From NCBI GenBank assembly GCA_047601445.1, contig JASGJH010000001.1, positions 1,984,001-2,048,000 on the forward strand: a DNA stretch of 64,000 bases, written 5' to 3'. The notes under the pieces are model-generated. The model saw nothing but the letters and a program-made list of their open reading frames with translations. It was not told the origin of the DNA and did not search any database. Source of the stretch: Myxococcales bacterium. Lineage in GTDB: Bacteria; Myxococcota_A; Polyangia; Polyangiales; DASUME01. This document shows, piece after piece, positions 57,273 to 64,000 of this stretch. Every line of letters begins with the position of its first letter. Within the stretch, counting starts at the first letter, position 1. A program made the position numbers and the translations under genes.

Positions 57273-59600
57273 TCAACCGCCCGCTGCTTCGAGCACGAAG
57301 GGATAGGAGACGATAACGATGCCGCCGCCGTCGGGAGCCGGGAAGGTCCAGCGACGCACCGCGGTGGCGATGCAGCCCTCGGCCTTGGGGCTACCCAGGG
57401 TCGAGCTCTCCACGTTGGCCGCCTGCACGGCGCCCGAGGGAGAGATGATGAACTTCACCTGCACGCGACCGGCGATGTCCGGGCGAGAGTTGAGTTCCTG
57501 CTCGTAGCAGAAGCGCACCTCGTTGATGTGGCGCTGAATCACGCGACGAATGACTTCCTTCGAGAGCGAGCCGCGGACGTCGGCGTTACCCGAGCGGATC
57601 TGCGGGACCTTCGCGTCGCGACCGCGGAAGCCGCCTGCGCCACGGCCGTAGCCGGAGCCCGAGCCACCGCCGCCACCGTGACCGATGGTGCCGAGGTTGC
57701 CGAGGCCGATGGTGCCCTCGCCGGTGCCGCCGCCGCCACGACCGGTGCCGCGCAGACCGAGACCGCCGAAGCCCTGGTTCTCACCGATGGCATCACCCAT
57801 CAGCGCGCCGAGGGCGCTCATCGGGTCGTAGCCGAGGGCCGTGTCCTGGCCGTACGGAGAGGTGGGTGAGTTCCACGAACCCGTGGACTGCGAAAGCACG
57901 CCAAGAATACCGGCGTTCTTCGCCTCTTCCTTGGCCGCTTCGCGCGCCATGTGGGGGTCTTCGTTGTCGGCCGGACCTTCGATGGCGTACTTGTTCTTGG
58001 TCTTCTTGGCCTCTTCCTTACCCATCGCGCCTTCTTCGTCCTTGTGGCGCTTACCCTTGCCGCCTTCGTCGTCCTGCTGGTCCGACGGCTGCAGCCAATC
58101 CGGCTGCTCTTCCTCAAGGGTTTCCGGGGGCTCCATCAGGTACTTCGCGAGGCGCGAGTCCTCGTTCAACAGGTCGAGCGAGAGGCCCGAACCGCTGGGA
58201 GGCATGAAGTACATCATCGCCAGGAACAGGCCGTGGAACGCGAAGGAGAACAGCGTCCAGGCGTTCTTCTTGATGTCGAAGCCGCCCTGTCCGCCGTAAC
58301 CCACGACCTTGCCCGCGTTCACCGGGCGCACCACGAAGGTGAGGCCACGGTAGTTCACGCGCGCAGTGGCGCCCGGGGGCAGCGTGTACTGCTGGGCTCC
58401 GGCCATCTCGGCGCAGGGCTGGGTGCGGCCACCGCTGATGAGGTCGGTGACGCTCATGCGGTCGGTGCCGATGGAGATCTCGCCGGTGGCTCCCTGCGGA
58501 AGCACGACGGCGGCACTGCCACCCGCGTCCACCACGACCGGCATGCGCTCGCTGCCGATGAGCTCGCTGCCGATGAGGTAGTCCGTGGTCGACTTGCCCT
58601 TCGCGTCGGTGGCCTCACCAACGTAGAAGGAGCGAATCGGGTTGAGGTGGTCGACGTGGAGAACGGCGTTGTCGCCCCACATCACCATGACCTCGACCGC
58701 GCGCTCGCCGGTCTCGACCTCGTCGGGGTTCGGCGCGGGTGCGCTGGCCACAAGGCCGTAACGCACGCGCTCGGGATCTTCCTCGCCCTCCTCGAGGTAG
58801 TCGGGACGCGGGCCCTCGGCCACCGCAGGTGCGGCGCCGTAGGCGGCCGCTGCGTAGCCGGGAGCTGCACCACCGAAACCGGGCGGAGCGAAGCCGGCCG
58901 GAGCACCACCGCCGAAGGCAGGGGCCGGAGCCTGGCCAGCCGGAGCTGCGAAGGGATTGCCGAACGGATTCGGCGGAGCACCACCGGGACGCGCGGCGGC
59001 AGGCGGCGGAGCGAAACCACCAACCGGCGGCACGGAACCGCGGGCGGGCGGCGGGAAGGAACCAAGTCCGGCGGCGGGCGGCGGCACCGAACCCACGGCG
59101 GGCGCAGCGACGGCGGGAGCCTGCATGCCGATCAGCGTGCCCTGCTTGGGCGCGGGCCGAGGAGCGGCGGGACGAGCAGCCGGGGGCGGCATCGGCGCCG
59201 AAGCCGAGGGGTCCGCGTGCTCCGCAGCCATAGCCGCGAAGTCCACTCCGATCTTCGAGCGCTCAACCGCCATGGTCGAGTCCTCGTCGCCGGCACCGAT
59301 TTCGACGATCAACCGGGTCTCACCGACCACGATCTCATCGCCGTTCTCGAGCCGCGCCTTGTTGCTGCGCTGGCCGTTGACGAACGTGCCCGCCGCGGAG
59401 CCCAAGTCGATGATGTAGATCTCATCGGGCCCAGTGACCTCGATCATCGCATGCATACGCGATGCGAGGTCGTCCTCGAGGCGGAGGTGGCTCGACGCGA
59501 CCTTGCCAATCTTCACGATGGGCTCAGCAAACGTCTCCGACCGGAGAAACTGCTCCCCACGATAGATATCGAACTTGATGGGGATCCTGGGATTAGACAC
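57273..59600 (-). CDS. gltG: GltG/PglI-like: FHA domain, Pro-rich linker, TM, Gly-rich region, TonB-C (AgmX/PglI C-terminal) domain
   Basis: FHA KIGK..SRMHA..DLGSAAGTFVNG; TM WTLFSFAFHGLFLAMMYF; C-terminal GSLSKEVIRRVI..VRFCYEQEL..GRVQVKFII..C..WTFPAP..VSYPF. Start GTG 59600 after GGAGG. Confidence 0.85.
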   Translation of the reverse strand: MSNPRIPIKFDIYRGEQFLRSETFAEPIVKIGKVASSHLRLEDDLASRMHAMIEVTGPDEIYIIDLGSAAGTFVNGQRSNKARLENGDEIVVGETRLIVEIGAGDEDSTMAVERSKIGVDFAAMAAEHADPSASAPMPPPAARPAAPRPAPKQGTLIGMQAPAVAAPAVGSVPPPAAGLGSFPPPARGSVPPVGGFAPPPAAARPGGAPPNPFGNPFAAPAGQAPAPAFGGGAPAGFAPPGFGGAAPGYAAAAYGAAPAVAEGPRPDYLEEGEEDPERVRYGLVASAPAPNPDEVETGERAVEVMVMWGDNAVLHVDHLNPIRSFYVGEATDAKGKSTTDYLIGSELIGSERMPVVVDAGGSAAVVLPQGATGEISIGTDRMSVTDLISGGRTQPCAEMAGAQQYTLPPGATARVNYRGLTFVVRPVNAGKVVGYGGQGGFDIKKNAWTLFSFAFHGLFLAMMYFMPPSGSGLSLDLLNEDSRLAKYLMEPPETLEEEQPDWLQPSDQQDDEGGKGKRHKDEEGAMGKEEAKKTKNKYAIEGPADNEDPHMAREAAKEEAKNAGILGVLSQSTGSWNSPTSPYGQDTALGYDPMSALGALMGDAIGENQGFGGLGLRGTGRGGGGTGEGTIGLGNLGTIGHGGGGGSGSGYGRGAGGFRGRDAKVPQIRSGNADVRGSLSKEVIRRVIQRHINEVRFCYEQELNSRPDIAGRVQVKFIISPSGAVQAANVESSTLGSPKAEGCIATAVRRWTFPAPDGGGIVIVSYPFVLEAAGG

Positions 59601-59737
59601 CGTCGCCTCCAACCAGCGCTCACCGGTCGCCCGGTAACAAAAAGCCTCTAGCGGTCGCATTCAACGCGGCCGCCAAACTACAAACTTGCGGAACTTCTAG
59701 CTACAGCCTCGACGTCACCCGTCGAACGAAGGACCTC

Positions 59738-59986
59738 TCAGAGGTCTTCGACCGACTTGAGCATCTCGGGGATGAAATGCTCACGAATCTGGATCAGCGA
59801 GGCACGGTTGCCGCGGCGGCGGACGCTCAGCAGCTCACCATCGGGGCGCACCAGGTCACCAGTAACCAGGTCGTCCTCGAAATCGTACGTGGTCTCACCG
59901 CCGCCAGCGGGCTTGTCTTGGGCCAGGACCGCACCGGACACCGAAAGGACCCCCAAGACGAGCGAAATTCCAAAGAGTTTTGTCAT
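59738..59986 (-). CDS. gltF: GltF/CglF-like small secreted gliding protein
   Basis: Signal peptide followed by YDFEDDLVTGDLVRPDG..SLIQIREHFIPEMLKSVEDL; lies between gltE and gltG. Confidence 0.85.
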   Translation of the reverse strand: MTKLFGISLVLGVLSVSGAVLAQDKPAGGGETTYDFEDDLVTGDLVRPDGELLSVRRRGNRASLIQIREHFIPEMLKSVEDL

Positions 59987-60078
59987 ACGCCTCTCCCGCA
60001 TGTCGCTCAGCTCAGCCGTTGCCTCGCTGTGTACGACAGCTCAACCACCCGAAGGTTCCCCAAAAAAAGCAAACTTGA

Positions 60079-60123
60079 GCGGTTCGTTTTAACCGCCCAG
60101 GGCGCGCGGACCCCCGCGCGCCC
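60079..60123 (-). other. Two tandem hairpins in the gltE-gltF spacer, followed by a U-rich run
   Basis: GGGCGCGCGG-ACCC-CCGCGCGCCC (60100-60123) and GCGGTT-CGTTTT-AACCGC (60079-60096). A7 run at 60062-60068 reads U7 on the transcript. Confidence 0.55.
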
Positions 60124-60133
60124 CTTTATACCG

Positions 60134-61498
60134 TCACTGCTGCGGCGGGGTTGCGCCCGCTGCCTGCTTTTCCATCTCCGCCATCGCGGCCATGGCCTCG
60201 ATCGCGAGCTGGATGTTCTGGCGACGCCCCGGACGGCAGGTCTTGGAAGACTTGCGCTTCTTCTTGGCGTCGTCGTTCCCACAGCGACGCTCGATGTCGT
60301 CCACCACGGGCTTGAGCACGGCGTTGCCGCCGGCGCGCTGCACGAACTGGTCGTAGTAGCTGAGGGCCTGCTTCATGTCGGCCACGGAGCCGGACATGAA
60401 GTCCTGATAGAGGATGCCCAGGTTGAAGTAGGCCTCGGGGCGTCCGGCACTGATGCCCTTGGCCTCCTCGTACTGCTTCTTGGCTCCCTCGGCGTCATTC
60501 AGGCCACGGAGCGCCGCGCCGAGACCGACGCGAGCATCGTAGTTCTTGGGGTTCAGCTCGACCGCCGTCGTGAACGCCTTGCGGGCGTCCTCGTAGCCAC
60601 GGAAGCTGAGCGTGATCTGTCCGAAGTTCATGTGAGCTTCGAAGTTCTTGGGATCGAGCTGGGCAGCCTTCTCGAACATGCGGAGAGCGTCGAACACGTT
60701 CTCCTTGCGCACGTTGATGAGGCCCCAGGTGTTGTAGATGGGCGCGTAGTTCGCGTTGATGAGCTGGGCCTGACGGCACACGACGCCGGCCAGGTCGAGC
60801 ATCTTCTTGTTGTCCTGGGCGCGCCCGAGGAACAACAGCGCCATCTGGTTGAACGCCGGCAAGAACTGGGCGTCGATAGCGAGTGCACGGCGCAGGTTGT
60901 TCAGCGCGTCCTCGCTGCTCGCCCCGTTGCGAGCCATCTGCATCATGGCCAGGTTGACGTAGCCCTCGGTGCAGCGAGCGTCACTGCGCACCGCCTGCTC
61001 GAAGGAGGCGAAGGCCTGCGCCTCACTGCCCTTCTTGAAGGCGTCGATGCCCAGCCCCACGCGGGCGCCGCACAGCTTGGAGTCGATGGCGAGCGCCGCA
61101 TTGTACTGCTTGAGCGCCTCGTCCGACTTGCCGCAGCGGTCGGCGACCAGGCCCTGCATGTACACGGCCTCGGCAAACCTTCCGCCCTGCTTCTTGTTCG
61201 CATCGCGGAACGTCTCGGCCACGGAGTCGCAGTTGCCGGGGTTCCAGCCGGCCTTGTCGGCGGCGTCGAACGCAGCAGCGGCTTCCTTCCAGTTGGCCTC
61301 GGCTTCCTTCGAAACCGCGGCTCCGGAAGAGGAGCGCACCACATTGCCCGCCGCGTCCTTCGCGGCGTTGGCAGGGGTGGTGGTGTCGCCACCACTCGCC
61401 GCCTTGGAGCCACCGCAGGCCCCCACGGTGAGCATGGAAGCGGCCAACAGGAGTGAGAGGGTCTTGGTCTTCTTCATACGCGTTTCCATTCCCGTCAT
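60134..61498 (-). CDS. gltE: GltE/AglT-like TPR lipoprotein
   Basis: Lipobox TVGAC; TPRs NLRRALAID, YAPIYNTWGLI, EAHMNFG and EAYFNLGILY; ATGA-coupled to gltD. Confidence 0.8.
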   Translation of the reverse strand: MTGMETRMKKTKTLSLLLAASMLTVGACGGSKAASGGDTTTPANAAKDAAGNVVRSSSGAAVSKEAEANWKEAAAAFDAADKAGWNPGNCDSVAETFRDANKKQGGRFAEAVYMQGLVADRCGKSDEALKQYNAALAIDSKLCGARVGLGIDAFKKGSEAQAFASFEQAVRSDARCTEGYVNLAMMQMARNGASSEDALNNLRRALAIDAQFLPAFNQMALLFLGRAQDNKKMLDLAGVVCRQAQLINANYAPIYNTWGLINVRKENVFDALRMFEKAAQLDPKNFEAHMNFGQITLSFRGYEDARKAFTTAVELNPKNYDARVGLGAALRGLNDAEGAKKQYEEAKGISAGRPEAYFNLGILYQDFMSGSVADMKQALSYYDQFVQRAGGNAVLKPVVDDIERRCGNDDAKKKRKSSKTCRPGRRQNIQLAIEAMAAMAEMEKQAAGATPPQQ

Positions 61499-64000
61499 TC
61501 CTCGTCGTCGGCGCGACCGATTTGCGCGGTCACAGGATCAGCAACCTTCTGCTGCACGTAGCTCGGAGAGCCACGCAGCTCGGCTGCCAGCGGGTACTTG
61601 CGGGGGTCGAGCTTGTTCAACTCGAGCTCGCACTGCTGCGAGAACTGGTTGAACCAACGGACCTGCGTGGCGAGGGTCATGCAGAAGTCGAAGGCGCCGG
61701 TTGCCTTGATCACCCAGGGCTGAGACTTCTCGTCCAAGCTACCCAGGTAGATGTCCATCAGCTCCGGGTCCTTCTTGATCTCATCGGGCACCGGTGCATC
61801 GCGGAACTCGTCCACGAAAGTCCGGTACATCACGCCGACGCGAGCGGCGGCCGCGATGTCCCACATGGGAGCCTTGAGTTCGCGCACCTTGACGTAGGCG
61901 TCTTCGGCGGCCTTGAGGGACTTGCCCTTCTCCTCGATCCACTTGACGAACGGTCCGGTCGCCCAGGCGTTGACCTTGGCCATGTCGGACGCGCCCTTGA
62001 GCTCGGGGAACTTGATCTTCTCGAATTCCGCGAACTGATACTCGGCCAGATACCACAGCGCCTGTGCGGTGGCCTGACTGCCTTCGGCCTGCCACTTGCT
62101 CGCCTTGTCGGCATCGCCATTGGCCAGCTTCTCGATGGCCGCAGGAGCGCCGCTCTGCCAGAGCTTGGTGGCTGCCTTGAAGAACTTCTCGGCATCCGGC
62201 TTCTTGTTCATGTTCCACATCGCAACGCCGATCTGGACGTTGGCGCGGATCTCTTCGTTCGGGAGTGCCTGGCGGCCGTACTTCTTCAGATAGCTCTGAT
62301 AGTGCTCGGCGACCTTGGCCCAATCGTTCTGGCGCTCGTAGATCGAGGCCATGGAGTAGATGACCTGCGAGGTCTCGCGCGGGTACTTCTTGGAGAAGTT
62401 CTTCTCGTAGAGCTTGGCGTCGTCGACGGCCTTCTGGTCGTCGCCGATACCGAGGCGGAAGAACACCGCGTCCTGCAGCGCTTCGGCAGCCTTCGGGCAG
62501 GTCCCGTTGGAGATGTCCTGCTCCGTGCAGCTCTTGCCGTCTTCGCCCGGGAACTTCGTCGCGAAGGTCTCGTAGTACTCGGCGGCCTTGTTGTAGAGCG
62601 CGAGAGCCTGGAAGTTCGCACCGGTGAGGTACAAGCTCTTCTTGGCCAGCGGGCTGTCGGGCATCTTGTCGGTGAGCACGCCGCGCACCTTGATGGCGCG
62701 ACCGATCAGCTTGGCTGCTTCGAAGTTGAGCGCGGCGTTGTACAGCACTTCGTCGGCCTTGCCGCAGTTGGGGAACTTGCGGAACAGGTTGACGTAGGTG
62801 TAGGCAGCGTCGCGGAACTCCTTCTTCTGCTGGTGAGCTTCCGCCTTCTTGCGCTGGATGTCGCAGCGAAGCTGCTCGAGCGGTCCGCACAGACCGTCGT
62901 GCTCGCTCTTGGCTTCGGTCGTCGCGCAATAGAGATCGTGGATCTCCGGCACGTTGGCGGCCATCTGGTCGTAGCACTGGGGCCGCACGTCATCCTTGCG
63001 CATGGAGGCGAGGACGTTGAGCGAGTCCAGGTACAGGTTCGCCGCGTACTCCGCGAGCTCGCTGTCCTTGTGGTGATAGGCGATGTCCTTGAAGATGACG
63101 GACGCCTCTTCGTAGCGGTTCGCCTCGTAGTAAATGCGCGCGCGGCGATACTTCATGGTCGCGAGGTCTTCGCTGTTCGGCACGAAGCAGACGTAGCGCT
63201 GGAACGCCTTGAGCATGCCGGCTTCGAGGGGCGTGAACTCACGCGCCTTGAGGGCAGCACTCTCGTCCTCTGCCGCGGCCTGACCCTTCTTGCCCTTCTT
63301 GGCGCCGGAGTCGTGCTTGGCCGTGGCCTTCTCACCCGCGGAGAACTGCTGCTGGTACAGGTTGTTGTAACAGAGCACTGCTGCCAACGCGGCGTCCGCG
63401 GTGAACGGACCCTTGGGGTCGAGATCGACCACCTTGTCGAAGGCGGGCGCGCACTCAGCCCAACGCTCCATCTTCCACAGGAGCTCCGCGTAGAAGTAAC
63501 CAACGCGGTACTCGGTCGGCCAGTCGCGCTTGTCGATCTGGGGGAACTCGAGGCTGCCCATGTCGGGGAACTTCTCGAGCAAGAGGCGATAGAGCGTCGC
63601 AGCGAGCTCCATCGTCTTCTTGTCGTTGGTACCGGGCTGGGTATCGGTGCCGATGGCCTCTCGGTGCCACGCGGTGGCGAGGTCGACCAGCGTGCTGGCA
63701 GAAGCCTGCTTGCAGGTCTTCTTGTCCTCTTCCTTGTGGTCGGCGGCCTTGAAGCTGTCGAACACGTCGACCAGGCGCTGCACTTCCGTGACGCCCTTCT
63801 TCTTGTCGCCGCTGGCGAGCGCGGCGTTGGTGACGCGGCTCTGCCAGTAGCAGAGCTTGCCGCTGCTGGGCTGTTCGCTCATCAGCTTGTGGTAGACCTG
63901 GACGGTCGCTTCCCACTCACCGGTGTCGTAGTAGAGCTCGGCCAGGTTCTCGAGCATTTCGTAGGCCTGAGCCTCGTCCGCGGCGAAGCGGCTGAAGAAC
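61495..64000 (-). CDS. gltD: GltD/AgmU-like large TPR protein (5' part outside window)
   Basis: Frame open to the window edge. TPR clusters (EVLYNAA..FEAA..IGRAI), C-terminal WDIAAAARVG..EFRDAPVP and C..WFNQFSQQCE; first gene of the D-E-F-G order. Confidence 0.8.
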   Translation of the reverse strand, partial: FFSRFAADEAQAYEMLENLAELYYDTGEWEATVQVYHKLMSEQPSSGKLCYWQSRVTNAALASGDKKKGVTEVQRLVDVFDSFKAADHKEEDKKTCKQASASTLVDLATAWHREAIGTDTQPGTNDKKTMELAATLYRLLLEKFPDMGSLEFPQIDKRDWPTEYRVGYFYAELLWKMERWAECAPAFDKVVDLDPKGPFTADAALAAVLCYNNLYQQQFSAGEKATAKHDSGAKKGKKGQAAAEDESAALKAREFTPLEAGMLKAFQRYVCFVPNSEDLATMKYRRARIYYEANRYEEASVIFKDIAYHHKDSELAEYAANLYLDSLNVLASMRKDDVRPQCYDQMAANVPEIHDLYCATTEAKSEHDGLCGPLEQLRCDIQRKKAEAHQQKKEFRDAAYTYVNLFRKFPNCGKADEVLYNAALNFEAAKLIGRAIKVRGVLTDKMPDSPLAKKSLYLTGANFQALALYNKAAEYYETFATKFPGEDGKSCTEQDISNGTCPKAAEALQDAVFFRLGIGDDQKAVDDAKLYEKNFSKKYPRETSQVIYSMASIYERQNDWAKVAEHYQSYLKKYGRQALPNEEIRANVQIGVAMWNMNKKPDAEKFFKAATKLWQSGAPAAIEKLANGDADKASKWQAEGSQATAQALWYLAEYQFAEFEKIKFPELKGASDMAKVNAWATGPFVKWIEEKGKSLKAAEDAYVKVRELKAPMWDIAAAARVGVMYRTFVDEFRDAPVPDEIKKDPELMDIYLGSLDEKSQPWVIKATGAFDFCMTLATQVRWFNQFSQQCELELNKLDPRKYPLAAELRGSPSYVQQKVADPVTAQIGRADDEE

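Noticed and set aside
57620..57790. GGC/GGT-rich low-complexity stretch
   Set aside because: Explained by the Gly-rich periplasmic linker of GltG; not an independent repeat element.

Overview
High-GC, gene-dense chromosomal window from a myxobacterium (Myxococcota, probably Polyangia-like; this is inferred from gene content, not from a database search). It holds about 43 CDS and no recognisable rRNA, tRNA, CRISPR, IS or prophage. From left to right: a Ser/Thr kinase with a Pro-rich linker, TM helix and PEGA domain; a minus-strand run (GT4, SAM methyltransferase, TPR-HTH, J-domain, NAGPA-like); a cobA-hemD fusion; the clpS-clpA-aat N-degron operon; rhodanese-MoeB; an orphan ECF sigma behind a good sigma54-type promoter; nnr; prkA; an RluA-type synthase; an orphan MglA-family GTPase; a sulfatase-fold HEAT protein; tsaE-carB-esterase-greA; an M1 peptidase. 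The last ~18 kb is a G1-type Agl-Glt gliding-motility cluster: gltD/agmU, gltE/aglT, gltF, gltG/pglI, an extra TPR lipoprotein and a ~3360-aa gltI/agmK. Four genes are split by single +1 indels. Three of these are the same GATC->GAATC change, which most likely reflects sequencing error at a modified DNA motif. I found no clear-cut new multi-gene system. The best leads are the GATC indel signature, a TPR protein with a TFIIB-like C-terminus, the variant glt cluster (TPR lipoprotein where gltH is expected; degenerate M48-like domain in GltI), linear motifs shared between the kinase and GltG, and a putative sigma54->ECF cascade. Family calls come from motif recognition only.
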